A stretch of 64,000 bases of DNA. Source: a bacterium (GTDB lineage: Bacteria > SZUA-182 > DTGQ01 > JAFGSM01). Under the pieces are notes generated by a model. It searched no databases. It was given only the letters and a program-made list of their open reading frames with translations, and had not been told where the DNA came from. Every line of letters starts with the position of its first letter. Positions within the stretch are counted from its first letter, which is position 1. Below, one piece after another: positions 1 to 10,413 of the stretch. Made by a program: the position numbers and the translations under genes. The DNA lies in assembly GCA_049472315.1 (NCBI GenBank), contig JBLIRN010000004.1:32001-96000 (forward strand), read 5' to 3'.

Positions 1-339
1 CTCATCGGGAGAGGCGCCTTCCTCTTCCCTTTCCTGACACGGGACATTGATGGTCTGAACCGATTGTGAAGAAAAGAGCGGGTGACCACAGTAGGGACAG
101 TAACGGGCCCCGGGGATCTCACGGAACGACCTCCGGCATGCCTGACACGTGTGCACATTTTTTTGTTGTGACGTCTGCCATCGAATAAAAAGCCAGAGGG
201 GAAGGAATATGATCATGGCCATAAACGTTCCGAATGCCCATAGGAGCGCCTGACCTTCGGAACGTCCCTTATCCCTGGCATCGATGAATACCCAAAATGC
301 CGCCAAGGCCGGTATGAGTATAGCGAGCAAAAGATGCAT
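1..339 (-). CDS. Membrane protein with zinc-ribbon (3' end runs off the window)
   Basis: Not in the ORF track. Manual translation from ATG 339 gives MHLLLAILIPALAAFWVFIDARDKGRSEGQALLWAFGTFMAMIIFLPLWLFIRW...CQAC...YCPYCGHPL, with two hydrophobic segments and two CxxC. The frame is open to base 1. Confidence 0.8.
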   Translation of the reverse strand, partial: MHLLLAILIPALAAFWVFIDARDKGRSEGQALLWAFGTFMAMIIFLPLWLFIRWQTSQQKNVHTCQACRRSFREIPGARYCPYCGHPLFSSQSVQTINVPCQEREEEGASPDE

Positions 340-566
340 GGAAAACCCTCAGCCGTTCATATGATTATGTTTAGGCAGTATCATCATAGTCTATTGCCGG
401 TGCGATGTAAAGCCCTGCAAGAGCCTGTGACCGGTTTCACCAACTTCCAACACCAGGGGAAACGACGACCGGATGGCATCCTCCCCTTTTCATATCTCAT
501 TCTATGCCCTTTTCACAGGGTAAAGGGCAGCAATCCCCGGAAAGGACAGGGCTCTTACATTGGCTA

Positions 567-2141
567 TCAAAAACCATAGGGATACAAGCCGAGCATGAAG
601 AAGGGAGAAATTATGGGGAATGAAAGGGCCCCCAGAGAAAAGAAGGGCATGGATGAGGATGTAAAAAGGGGATTGGGTGAGATGAGGAATTGTTGCGAGG
701 GATATCCCATAGAAAGTGGAAAATATCCCTGCTGTATTCCTTCAATGCCCTCATAGGAGAATGCCGGCACATTCGCTGCAAGATTATAATCGGATACCAG
801 CTTTTCACCATATCCGATGAAGGTTGACTGTGCGCCGCGAGGGGTATACGTGCTCAATGCGATCCCTTGCGTCAAGGGCCATTGCTGGGAAACCGATCCG
901 GTTATGTCATAGGCCGTTGTTGGGTAATTCACGGACGTAGCCGGGCTCGTGCCGCCGACTCCCCATGGGTATGACCATACAGCCCCGTGGATGGTGGGCA
1001 TTATAGGATAGGGAGTAAACCCTATCCCAAACACCGGGAACGTGCCAAACCCAGTGGCAGTCAGCGCCATCGGGAAATAGCTGCCCGTGGATGTGCTGCC
1101 TGACGACGGCACATATCGTCTTCCCGGTTGGATGGTCACGACACAATCGGTCGCCTCATCCCAATCGACGTATACATCCCGGGGGGCGGAACTCCGGGTG
1201 TCGTGATTGATGGTCCAACGGTTGGTGGAGGTGTTCAAATATCCTACCGTCACCATCCAATGGTCGCCCCATATGGAATGGCCTGATACGCCATACAGCA
1301 ACGGCCTTTTGTGGACGATTTCATCCATTACAATCCCAAAATCGGGAGGCTGAAGAATCGCCCTGAATTCATACTCATTGTCGTACATGGGCGTATTACA
1401 GACCCGCTCGATCCCTATGGGTATATATTCATCGTTGACCCCTCCACGGGCCTCGCCAAGGGAGGGATACCCCATTGCCTGCTGGAGTTCCTCCACGAGT
1501 TGCGAAACGTCCTCGATGTCCCCGGGGTCGTCGTCCACCAAAAGGGGATATCCACGGGCATCCCAGTACCCCAGCACGCAGGCGGCGGCAACAGGACCAC
1601 AATTTCCGGGATCCCCATAATCTTCCTGCCAATAATCCGGTACCCCCGGGATGATCATCTGTCCATCCTCAAGGTCAGGACTTGTGATCTGAATGCTGTA
1701 AAGCTCATAAGGACCGTATTGGTTGTACCCATTGTAATTTTCTGCCTTGATAAAATAATCACCGTCCGCAGGGCACACCCACTCGATAAGGGAACTGCCG
1801 TCCCTCCAGAAGTCATCGTTACAGGCAAGAGACCCCTCAAATCCCTCGTCGTAGAGCCACACAATCGTATCCACAGGAGGGTATCCGGTCTTCTTTGAAC
1901 GGGTAAAGATCTGGTAGCTGAGACCCTCCTCCGCAAAAAATGTAAACCACTGTGTCTCATCGGGAAACGAAAAGGAATATATCGCCGAGTTCCCATTCGG
2001 GGTGAGCGATACGGCGTTTGAAGGCTTGTCATCCTTTTTCTGTGCACGCACATGTGAGGGTCCCGCCAGCATAATGGCCGCCATACCCGCCAGGATCAAT
2101 GTAATCACTCTATTGAAGCGTGATCCGCAGATCATCGTCAC
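567..2141 (-). CDS. Secreted C39-like cysteine peptidase with N-terminal PPC-like domain and C-terminal low-complexity tail
   Basis: Signal peptide (..HVRA-Q); PPC-like DTIVWLYD..NDD..G.YFIK; papain-fold motifs WQ..NCGPVAAACVLGYWD, HWMVTVGY, NHDT; about 180-aa G/P/S/T/F/Y-rich tail. Confidence 0.75.
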   Translation of the reverse strand: MTMICGSRFNRVITLILAGMAAIMLAGPSHVRAQKKDDKPSNAVSLTPNGNSAIYSFSFPDETQWFTFFAEEGLSYQIFTRSKKTGYPPVDTIVWLYDEGFEGSLACNDDFWRDGSSLIEWVCPADGDYFIKAENYNGYNQYGPYELYSIQITSPDLEDGQMIIPGVPDYWQEDYGDPGNCGPVAAACVLGYWDARGYPLLVDDDPGDIEDVSQLVEELQQAMGYPSLGEARGGVNDEYIPIGIERVCNTPMYDNEYEFRAILQPPDFGIVMDEIVHKRPLLYGVSGHSIWGDHWMVTVGYLNTSTNRWTINHDTRSSAPRDVYVDWDEATDCVVTIQPGRRYVPSSGSTSTGSYFPMALTATGFGTFPVFGIGFTPYPIMPTIHGAVWSYPWGVGGTSPATSVNYPTTAYDITGSVSQQWPLTQGIALSTYTPRGAQSTFIGYGEKLVSDYNLAANVPAFSYEGIEGIQQGYFPLSMGYPSQQFLISPNPLFTSSSMPFFSLGALSFPIISPFFMLGLYPYGF

Positions 2142-3333
2142 ACTCTTTCATCAGGGGGGGATACGAATCCTCCCATGCCCTTCCCTCTTCATGTACTGTC
2201 TCCGGGATGAGTTCAGACACCCTTTTGAAAGGGAAACTGATTCGAATGACGTTTCCTTGGGCACCGCATTCCTCGACCATCATGCATCCTCCCATGGATA
2301 CAATCATCCGGTAGGTGACATAGAGATCCAATCCGACCCCATCCCGTATGCGGGAAAAAAATTTCCCCACCAGTTCCCTGAATGCCTCCCTGGACATCCC
2401 GGGCCCCTCATCCGCATAATCAATGCTGACCGCGTTGGTATCATTATGCAGCGTGCACGACATGGTAATGGTCCCCGATCCGTTCATTGCATTGTAGGAA
2501 TGGCGAAACAGACGCATGAAGACCTGTTCGAACCGCATCGGGTCCCCCAGCATTTCCGGTATATCCGCGGGGATATCGGTCATCACATGGATGGATGAAA
2601 AATCCATCGTATGCTTCAGCAGAAAGAGCGAACGCTCAATCACCCGGTCAAGCCGGATGCGTTCCCGATGTTCCTCAAGTGCACGGGTGTACGCCGCCAT
2701 TTGATCGATCGCCTTCACAAGCTGTTGACATTGATTCAGTATCTCTGCAAAGGAATCCCGTGCCTTTGCCAGGTGTACTGCGTCATCCCCCATCTTTGCC
2801 AGGTTCATTTCCGCATGCAGGCTGATGACGGTAATGGGATTCCTGATCTCATGGGCGAATACGTTCGTCAGTTCCCCTATGTTCAGGAAACCTTCCATGC
2901 CGCACCTGTCTTTGAGCAAACGCACCTGTTCCCTTTCAAGAATATGATGTTCGATCGCCCTCCTCATCTTCAGCTTCAGACGATCATACGGATAGGGGTG
3001 CATGATGTACGCGTAGATATTCCTGCGGTCTATGTCCTCAGCCAGGGTCATGGCATCGTCTGCATGAAGGAGAATAATGCTTATGATATGCGGATGCTCT
3101 TTGCGAAGCGTATCGAGAAATCCGGGGGCACATAGATGCCGCCCGACCACTATAACCGCCAGGCGAGGGGTACGGCTCACAAAGGTACGTGCCTCATCGT
3201 GAGAATGGGCAATAAGAACGGAAAAGGATGTCCCGAGCCTCTTCCTGTATAGGGAAAGTTCCCCCTCGCGATCGTCGACAAAGAGAATGGGAAAATCCCG
3301 GTAATTAATCTCTCCCCCCACCGGCTGATCCAT
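2110..3333 (-). CDS. Receiver + HisKA + HATPase hybrid sensor, degenerate
   Basis: ILFVDD receiver start, H-box FAHEIRNP and G1 DEGPGM are present. Phosphoacceptor position, N-box and G2 are altered. Confidence 0.8.
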   Translation of the reverse strand: MDQPVGGEINYRDFPILFVDDREGELSLYRKRLGTSFSVLIAHSHDEARTFVSRTPRLAVIVVGRHLCAPGFLDTLRKEHPHIISIILLHADDAMTLAEDIDRRNIYAYIMHPYPYDRLKLKMRRAIEHHILEREQVRLLKDRCGMEGFLNIGELTNVFAHEIRNPITVISLHAEMNLAKMGDDAVHLAKARDSFAEILNQCQQLVKAIDQMAAYTRALEEHRERIRLDRVIERSLFLLKHTMDFSSIHVMTDIPADIPEMLGDPMRFEQVFMRLFRHSYNAMNGSGTITMSCTLHNDTNAVSIDYADEGPGMSREAFRELVGKFFSRIRDGVGLDLYVTYRMIVSMGGCMMVEECGAQGNVIRISFPFKRVSELIPETVHEEGRAWEDSYPPLMKECDDDLRITLQ

Positions 3334-4000
3334 CTCTATCTCCGCTTAGACCTTGCACAAACTCCCATTTCTTCCGTATCCTCTCGTTTCGTTCAGTCTC
3401 ATGCACGCCGCTTCGTGCCCGCAGGCCACTATAACAAAGCCGCCTCGCCGCTTCTTGATCCATAATGGCCATGTCTGATGTCCTCACGAACAGACGTTCT
3501 CCACGGTTCGGTGAATGCATCTCTATCCAGAGTTCCAACGGCGCCGGATAGACATGTCCTGCCACCTCCCAATCCCCCGCGGCAGTCAGCTCCTCGATCA
3601 GTTTCATGATCCTCGTGATGTTGAGAATATAATCCGGCCATCCGCGGTGCATTTGAATGACCGGCACATGAGAGGTATTCGCCCCTGCCACCACGGTCAC
3701 TATCCCCTCCCCCTTACTGTATCCCCGATACAAGGAAAGTGGGTCCTTCCAATTTGCATTGTTCAGCAACGGGGACTCGGGCTCACCCAACAAAAACATA
3801 AAGGCCTGCGGCTGCCGGTCGCAATCCACCAGTACCTCGGTGTGGAGATGCACGAGCCTTCCGAATGCCTCTTGAGCATAATGGAGCGCACCGAGCAGGG
3901 CGGTCCTCTCGTCTACTTCCTGGGATAACCCTGCGTAGGGGACACTGAGAATAAGGATGCTCAGAACGGGGATTGATATGAATCGTGTAACGATCCTCAC
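3305..4000 (-). CDS. Secreted hypothetical protein, possibly protease propeptide/Spi-inhibitor-like
   Basis: GTG start after GAGG; signal peptide ..GLS-Q; segment IVTVVAGANTSHVPVIQMHRG; overlaps the next gene. Confidence 0.6.
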   Translation of the reverse strand: MRIVTRFISIPVLSILILSVPYAGLSQEVDERTALLGALHYAQEAFGRLVHLHTEVLVDCDRQPQAFMFLLGEPESPLLNNANWKDPLSLYRGYSKGEGIVTVVAGANTSHVPVIQMHRGWPDYILNITRIMKLIEELTAAGDWEVAGHVYPAPLELWIEMHSPNRGERLFVRTSDMAIMDQEAARRLCYSGLRARSGVHETERNERIRKKWEFVQGLSGDRDGSAGGGRD

Positions 4001-4252
4001 AGTGCTGTCCTCTCGTTAAGGATGTATAGTCTTATAGAAAGGACGGATTCCGGTGAGAATCCCTTATTCGACGGCACAGGGAAGGATGAAGCGGTGGGGA
4101 CTTTTACAGGATTTTTATGACCTCGTATGAAACATTTTCCCATGTGGGCGCGGAAAATGAAGTGACACACGATTAATGAAACATCCTCTCGGTACCGCCT
4201 GCTTTATTATGTCTTTTTACAGGAGCGACACCTTTTCCGGGTGGAACGGACC

Positions 4253-4633
4253 TCATACCTTGTCATTTCTCTCAAGGACTTCTCTGACCACCCGCTTCAA
4301 TTCCTCGATTTGAATGGATTTGCTCAGGAATTCAAAGGCACCCAACAACTTTGCCTTGTTTACATTTTCCTTGCCGGTGTATGCGGTAATGACAACGACC
4401 TTGAGATCGGGTCGGTTCTGCTCAATATAATCCAGGAATTCCATACCGCTCATCTTTGGCATCTTGAGATCCGTCAAGATAAGGTCGAAATCCTCATTTT
4501 CGATGGAGGACAAGGCACTCCTGCCATCTGTGGCTGTCTTTACCTCGTACCCCTCATCCTCGAGGATATCCTGCAAAACAGCCCTCATACCCACATCGTC
4601 GTCGATAAGAAGGATACGTTTGGCGGCCATCAT
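4253..4633 (-). CDS. Single-domain response regulator (CheY-like)
   Basis: ILLIDDD, LILTDLKMPKMSG, ITAY and FLSKS motifs; GGAGG SD. Confidence 0.92.
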   Translation of the reverse strand: MMAAKRILLIDDDVGMRAVLQDILEDEGYEVKTATDGRSALSSIENEDFDLILTDLKMPKMSGMEFLDYIEQNRPDLKVVVITAYTGKENVNKAKLLGAFEFLSKSIQIEELKRVVREVLERNDKV

Positions 4634-5000
4634 CTACCTCCTATACAATTCAAAAAGGTGCGGCTTCCCTTTCTTCGTGTTTTCGACAGTTCCCCCCCCC
4701 TCTCAACGCACTCCTCAATCTGGCGAGGTCGATGAGATGAAACCACCAGGAGGAATCGTACCCCTACTCGGGCTATACCCGTTATATGCAAATGGCACAG
4801 AATAAAAAATGGCAATACAATTTAATGGTATAATGACCTAAAAAAAGGGGATTGTCAAGATGAAATAATCGCATGGGGGTCCTTACAGGTGTATTGGTGC
4901 ACTTTTTGTTACCCCCCATGAGCCTTATGGAGTCTCCCTGGCACCCATGTAGTGAACATGGCGGAGGCAGTATACATGTACCGCACAGAGTGCAGAGGCA

Positions 5001-5381
5001 CTATTCCGGCGACTCGAAAATCACCATGGCGATCGCCTGTGGATCATCGTGGGTGATGGAGAGGTGCGTCCTGGTAATGCCCATCTGCCTCATGAGGATT
5101 GCCGCCCGCCCATGCATGGCAAGGTGCGGCCGGCCGGAGCTGCAATGGGTGACCTCGATATCAGACCATCCGACCCCCCCGATGCCATCGCCGAACGCCT
5201 TTCTCGCCGCCTCTTTTGCCGCAAAGATGCCGGCAAGGTGCGGGAAGGGATTCCTCTTTTTATCGGCGTACGCCCTTTCATCCGTAGTGAATATTCGATT
5301 CATAAAGGCGTCGCCCAGGCGCGTGCAGGCCCGTCTGATTCTCTCGATGGCAATCAGGTCAATGCCGATGCCTCGTATCAT
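5001..5381 (-). CDS. acpS: Holo-[acyl-carrier-protein] synthase
   Basis: GIGIDL, FAAKEA.RKAFG, G.P and LSITHD motifs. Confidence 0.95.
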   Translation of the reverse strand: MIRGIGIDLIAIERIRRACTRLGDAFMNRIFTTDERAYADKKRNPFPHLAGIFAAKEAARKAFGDGIGGVGWSDIEVTHCSSGRPHLAMHGRAAILMRQMGITRTHLSITHDDPQAIAMVIFESPE

Positions 5382-7431
5382 GCCCTGTTCTCCTTCTCCT
5401 CCGCGTGTCCTGTCGTCCCCCTGAATGGATTTCGGCGGTCATTGACGTGTTTCCGGCAAGTGCCGCGATCTCATCCCGAATCCTGGCCGCCTCTTCAAAT
5501 CGCAGTTCCCGCGCATATGCCTCCATCCTTTTTCGCAGGCGGGCGGCATAGTCCCCGACAGATTCCCTGTCAGCCCGGTAGGGTATACCCTCCTCCTTGA
5601 CCAGGCTGGGGGTGTAGTAGTCCGCCTCGTATATCGACTGCAGGAGATCACCGATCGATTTCCTGATGGACTCCGGGGTGATGCGGTGTTCCCGATTATA
5701 TGCCATCTGCATCTGCCTGCGCCGCTGCGTCTCCTCGATCGCGCTCCGCATTGAAGGGGTGATGCGGTCGGCATACATCAGCACCTGCCCGTTCACGTTC
5801 CGTGCCGCCCTCCCGGCGGTCTGGATGAGGGAGGTGGTGGAGCGGAGGAAGCCCTCCTTATCCGCATCCAGTATCGCCACCAGAGATACCTCGGGCAAAT
5901 CGAGGCCCTCCCTGAGCAGGTTCACCCCGATGAGACAATCAAACCTCCCCATGCGAAGGTCCCGCAGGATCTCCGTTCGTTCGATGGTGTCGATTTCGGA
6001 ATGGAGATAGCGGACCCTGAGGTCCAGATTCTGGTAGTATTCGGTCAGATCCTCCGCCATCCTCTTGGTCAGCGTGGTCACCAGCACGCGCTCGTTCCGC
6101 CCGATCCTGGACCTGATCTCTGCAAGGAGATCCTCCACCTGATTGGCAGCGGGTCTGACAATGAGTTCCGGGTCCATAAGCCCGGTGGGCCGGATGATCT
6201 GTTCCACCACCCTCCCCTGCGCCATGATCAGTTCATACTCGGCTGGGGTGGCCGAGACATAGATGCACTGGTGCACCTTCGCGGAGAATTCGTCAAAACT
6301 GAGCGGACGGTTGTCATAGGCGGAGGGGAGACGGAAGCCGAACTCCACCAGGCTCTTTTTCCGCGATCGATCACCCTCGAGCATTCCACGCACCTGGGGG
6401 ATGGTCACATGGGATTCATCGATGATCACCAGTTTATCCGGAGGAAAATAGTCTATGAGGGTATGGGGCGGTTCACCCGAGCCTCGTCCGTCCAGATGAC
6501 GGGAATAGTTCTCTATCCCGTGGCAATAGCCGATCTCCTGCATCATCTCCAGATCATACCGGGTCCTCTGCTCCAGCCGCTGCGCCTCCAGGAGTTTCCC
6601 TTCGTCCCTCAACACACGCAGCCGCACGGCGAGTTCTTCGCGTATGCCCTCCACCGCCCGCAGCATCTTCTCCCTGGGGAGGACATAGTGACTGTTGGGA
6701 TAGATGAACACGCGATTCAGTGGCTGCTTCTTCATCCCGGTCACAGGGTCCAGGGAATGGAGCACCTCCACTTCATCCCCGAACAAGCCTATGCGAATCG
6801 CCTCAAATCCGTATGCAGGGAATATCTCCACCACATCACCCCGCACCCGGAAGGTGCCCCGCCTGAAATCGATGTCATTCCGCTCGTACTGCATGCGCAC
6901 GAATTCCTCCAGGATGCTGCGCCGGTCAATGGCCTGTCCCTTTTCCAGGACAAAGCTCATATGAAGATATTCCTCGGGGGAGCCGAGGCCGTAGATGCAG
7001 GAAACGCTCGCCACCACGATCACGTCGCGCCGGTCCAGGAGGGAACGGGTGGCTGAATGCCTCATCCGGTCGATATCCTCGTTGATGGAGGAATCCTTTT
7101 CGATGTAGGTGTCCGTGTGTGGTATGTACGCCTCCGGTTGATAGTAATCGTAGTAGCTGACAAAGTACTCTACCGCATTATCGGGGAAAAAGGCCTTGCA
7201 TTCCGCATAGAGCTGGGCTGCCAGTGTCTTGTTATGGGAGATGATGAGGGTGGGCCGCTGAACCCTCTCGATGAGGTTGGCCATGGTAAACGTCTTGCCT
7301 GAGCCGGTGACACCCAGGAGTACCACATGGGGAGAGCCTGAGAGAACCTCCCGGACGATCAATGTGATGGCCTGTATTTGGTCCCCCTGTGGTTGGAACG
7401 GGGACACCAATCTGAATGGTGACATGCTCAT
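5359..7431 (-). CDS. uvrB: Excinuclease ABC subunit B
   Basis: [39 protein letters not shown] and C-terminal UVR coil. Start placed at MSMSPF; the ORF track extends to 7458. Confidence 0.98.
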   Translation of the reverse strand: MSMSPFRLVSPFQPQGDQIQAITLIVREVLSGSPHVVLLGVTGSGKTFTMANLIERVQRPTLIISHNKTLAAQLYAECKAFFPDNAVEYFVSYYDYYQPEAYIPHTDTYIEKDSSINEDIDRMRHSATRSLLDRRDVIVVASVSCIYGLGSPEEYLHMSFVLEKGQAIDRRSILEEFVRMQYERNDIDFRRGTFRVRGDVVEIFPAYGFEAIRIGLFGDEVEVLHSLDPVTGMKKQPLNRVFIYPNSHYVLPREKMLRAVEGIREELAVRLRVLRDEGKLLEAQRLEQRTRYDLEMMQEIGYCHGIENYSRHLDGRGSGEPPHTLIDYFPPDKLVIIDESHVTIPQVRGMLEGDRSRKKSLVEFGFRLPSAYDNRPLSFDEFSAKVHQCIYVSATPAEYELIMAQGRVVEQIIRPTGLMDPELIVRPAANQVEDLLAEIRSRIGRNERVLVTTLTKRMAEDLTEYYQNLDLRVRYLHSEIDTIERTEILRDLRMGRFDCLIGVNLLREGLDLPEVSLVAILDADKEGFLRSTTSLIQTAGRAARNVNGQVLMYADRITPSMRSAIEETQRRRQMQMAYNREHRITPESIRKSIGDLLQSIYEADYYTPSLVKEEGIPYRADRESVGDYAARLRKRMEAYARELRFEEAARIRDEIAALAGNTSMTAEIHSGGRQDTRRRRRTGHDTRHRH

Positions 7432-7540
7432 CCGCCCCTTTGCAGCGCACGATTCCAAGCGTATCCGGATTCAATCGTGTGGGTTGCCATGAATCCCCTC
7501 CATCGCCTCCCCGCGTGTGCATGAATCAATGTGGATCCTA

Positions 7541-8092
7541 TCAGTGCGGGCGTCGCGTCCACCAATGCACCCCGATGAGGGCAACGGCACAAAACAGCAG
7601 AACCAGGGCCCAGCGGATCTTCTGTGACGACAGGGAATGCGCAACAGGATACCCCGGGTGCACCATGGTGATCCTACCGGCATGGATGTCGGTTTCACCA
7701 CCATGGGCCCTGCAGGCACGATAAAAGGTACCCTCAACCTTTATTATATCACCCTGTGTCTTATATCCACCCACATACTTCATTGTGGGCATGATCCCCC
7801 TGGGAGCCCATACCCCGATGCTCTCGGTTCCGTCATCCACATTGAGCCATACCCCGGTGCTGCGCTTCATGACGTCGCCGACCACCTCTCCCTGTATGGT
7901 AATCTCCCGGCCGTCGTAAACCTTCTTGTCATTGACCAGCCGGGTGATGGGAACCATTCCTGCACATGCATCGGAGAGGAGGATAGACTGCAAAAGGGGC
8001 AATGCCGCCAGCATGACCAGGGCAAGGCAGGATAGTACACAGAGGACCCGGAACCTCCTTCCGGAGCATGGAGATATCCCTGTGTGGTTCAT
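7541..8092 (-). CDS. Membrane-anchored OB-fold protein at the end of the Trk operon
   Basis: N- and C-terminal hydrophobic segments; OB-like ITIQGEVVGD..GDIIKVEGTF; CxxHGGExDIH; ATGA overlap with trkH. Confidence 0.7.
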   Translation of the reverse strand: MNHTGISPCSGRRFRVLCVLSCLALVMLAALPLLQSILLSDACAGMVPITRLVNDKKVYDGREITIQGEVVGDVMKRSTGVWLNVDDGTESIGVWAPRGIMPTMKYVGGYKTQGDIIKVEGTFYRACRAHGGETDIHAGRITMVHPGYPVAHSLSSQKIRWALVLLFCAVALIGVHWWTRRPH

Positions 8093-9591
8093 CGAACCCC
8101 CCCTATGATGCTTCCGATAAACCCAAAAAGGGCAAAGAGGGCCATGAATTCAAGCCTGCCCGCCCACATGGCAAAGATGTACACCACCTTGATCAAGGCG
8201 GGCATCGCCGGAAGGGTAAGACCGCAGCTCAGCCCGGTGTTGCTCGCTGCGGACACCCCTTCGAACATGGCCTCCATAAAGGGATACCCCTCCGATACCG
8301 CAACGAAGGTCGACAGCAGGTAGAGCCCGATATAGGAGAGAACGATCAGCATGACCATCCGGATGTATTCATCCGTGAGCACGGTGTCCCTGATGTGATG
8401 GAATTTTTGTACCAGTACGGAGGACTCGGGAGAGATGAGGCGGCGGATATTCTCCACCAGCCCGGTGAAAATCACCCCTATCCTCAGGTTCTTGAATCCG
8501 CCTGCGGTTGAGCAGGCGCTTCCCCCGATGGTCATGGCTATGATAAGCCCCAGGTAGGAGAGGAATCCCCACTCCCCCAGCCAGGTTGAGCTGTAAATGG
8601 TCATGTTTCCCGTGGTGGTATGGGCGGAGGCGAGATGATAGAATCCCCTCCTCCATGATGCCCATAGGGTGGGATATACCCCCAGCCGTTCCAGCCCGAA
8701 AAGGACAAAGGCGGAGGTGATGAGCACGGTGCAGGTGAAGGAGATGATCTCCAGGTTGCGGAAGATCTCGCGATAGTCCACGTGCCAGATGGTGAAGTGG
8801 AGGGCGAAATTCATCGATCCGGCAACGAAGATCACCAAGGTGACCGTCTCAATGATCGCGGAGTGGTAGTACATGAGGTTCTGCGACATAGGGGCGAAAC
8901 CGCCGGTGCTCCATGCGCCCATGAAAAGCCAGAGGCTGTGGAAAAACCCGCGTATCCATCCCATGCCGGCGAAACGCGCCAAGACGGTCAGGATAACGGT
9001 TCCCACGCTCATATAGGCGAGGCTGATGAGCCAGATGACCCGCGCAGTATGGATCACATTGGGCAGAAGGCGCTCGTCCTTACCCTCCCCCACGTAAAGG
9101 GTGTAGGTGCCGGCGAATCCCTTCATGGCAAAGGTAAGGGCGACCACGATGATCCCCTGTCCTCCAACATAGGAGAGGAGATGCCGCCACATGTTGAGGC
9201 CGTTAGAGGTATGGTTGAGGTTCTGAATAAGATAGAGCCCGGTGGTGGTATACCCGCTCATCACGTCAAAGCAGGCATCCAGATAGGAACCGTACTGCCC
9301 GCTCAACCACGAGGGGACCGCCCCCAGGCAGGTCGCGATAAACCAGGAGACGGAGGCGATCACCATGCCCAATGTCCAGTTGATCTCCTTCTGGGCGGAG
9401 GTGAACAGCTGCAGTCCCAGTCCGACGATGATACAGAGGGAAAGACCGATCAGGAAATCCAGCACCACCGGCCATTCACCGAACAGGCATGCGGTCAGCG
9501 CAGGTACGATCATGAGCAGCCCTACGCCCACGGTGATCTTACCGGTATAAAACCCGATGGTGGTATAGTCTGAACCGATCGGCTTAAACAT
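8089..9591 (-). CDS. trkH: TrkH-family K+ uptake membrane protein
   Basis: Four pore loops (SGYTTTG, STGGF, HTTTG, SNTGL), STAGGFK and GRLE. Confidence 0.95.
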   Translation of the reverse strand: MFKPIGSDYTTIGFYTGKITVGVGLLMIVPALTACLFGEWPVVLDFLIGLSLCIIVGLGLQLFTSAQKEINWTLGMVIASVSWFIATCLGAVPSWLSGQYGSYLDACFDVMSGYTTTGLYLIQNLNHTSNGLNMWRHLLSYVGGQGIIVVALTFAMKGFAGTYTLYVGEGKDERLLPNVIHTARVIWLISLAYMSVGTVILTVLARFAGMGWIRGFFHSLWLFMGAWSTGGFAPMSQNLMYYHSAIIETVTLVIFVAGSMNFALHFTIWHVDYREIFRNLEIISFTCTVLITSAFVLFGLERLGVYPTLWASWRRGFYHLASAHTTTGNMTIYSSTWLGEWGFLSYLGLIIAMTIGGSACSTAGGFKNLRIGVIFTGLVENIRRLISPESSVLVQKFHHIRDTVLTDEYIRMVMLIVLSYIGLYLLSTFVAVSEGYPFMEAMFEGVSAASNTGLSCGLTLPAMPALIKVVYIFAMWAGRLEFMALFALFGFIGSIIGGVR

Positions 9592-9593
9592 CT

Positions 9594-9731
9594 TTACGCG
9601 AGCAGCAGGTGAAAGAAAAGGGCCATGACCAGGGTAAGGAGCACGAGGATGACCGAAAACAGGGATTCCACCAGCATTCCCTTGAGGGAGTGAACAACCT
9701 TCCCCTTCAATCTCAGCCGTAGCATTGCCAT
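9594..9731 (-). CDS. Small single-TM protein within the Trk operon
   Basis: About 45 aa, hydrophobic C-terminus, fills the gap between trkA and trkH. Start uncertain. Confidence 0.55.
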   Translation of the reverse strand: MAMLRLRLKGKVVHSLKGMLVESLFSVILVLLTLVMALFFHLLLA

Positions 9732-9738
9732 GTACCTT

Positions 9739-10413
9739 TCAGGGGAGTTCCTCGATCTTTCCCACCAGAAGATCAAAAAGCTCCCGTTCGTTCTCTATGG
9801 AGGTGAGGGCGATCACGTCATCCTGTGGTTTCAGAACGGTGACCCCTTTCGGGATAATCACGTCGTTTCCTCGAAGTATGGAGACCACCACCGAATTGGC
9901 GGGAAGGCGTATCTCCTGCAGGCTCTTGTTGGCAACGGGTGAATCCTCGGTCAAAGATACCCGGATCACCGAAAGCTTCCCTTTCTTGAAGCTGAAGAGG
10001 GTAACCAGGTCACTCAGGGTGGCCTCCTCCTCGATGATCTTGGTCAGAATCGAGGTGCTGTTGATGGGGACATCGACACCCAGTTGCGAAAAGGGTCGCT
10101 CGTTTTCCGGGTCATTCACCCGTGCCAGTGTACGTTTGACCCGGAAGAATTGTTTTGCCAACTGGCAGGCGACGAGGTTGTTGGCATCGGAGCCGGTCAC
10201 CGCGACAAACACGTCCGCCCTGGCGATCCCTGCATCCTCCAACACCCTTCCCTCACAGGCATCCCCATGGATAACCGTTATTCCCAGATCAGTGGCGATC
10301 GCATGACATATATCAGGATCCTTCTCAATCAGCACACAGTGATGCTGATCCCTGATCAGGGATTTGGCGAGGAAGTACCCGACCTTTCCCCCTCCCACCA
10401 GAATGATGTTCAT
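9739..10413 (-). CDS. trkA: TrkA/KtrA RCK-domain protein
   Basis: GGGKVG Rossmann motif plus TrkA-C domain; ATGA coupling to the upstream paralog. Confidence 0.93.
   Translation of the reverse strand: MNIILVGGGKVGYFLAKSLIRDQHHCVLIEKDPDICHAIATDLGITVIHGDACEGRVLEDAGIARADVFVAVTGSDANNLVACQLAKQFFRVKRTLARVNDPENERPFSQLGVDVPINSTSILTKIIEEEATLSDLVTLFSFKKGKLSVIRVSLTEDSPVANKSLQEIRLPANSVVVSILRGNDVIIPKGVTVLKPQDDVIALTSIENERELFDLLVGKIEELP

Noticed and set aside
4640..4925. Possible riboswitch or ncRNA upstream of the response regulator
   Set aside because: Some hairpin potential, but no family consensus recognisable by eye. Needs an Rfam scan.
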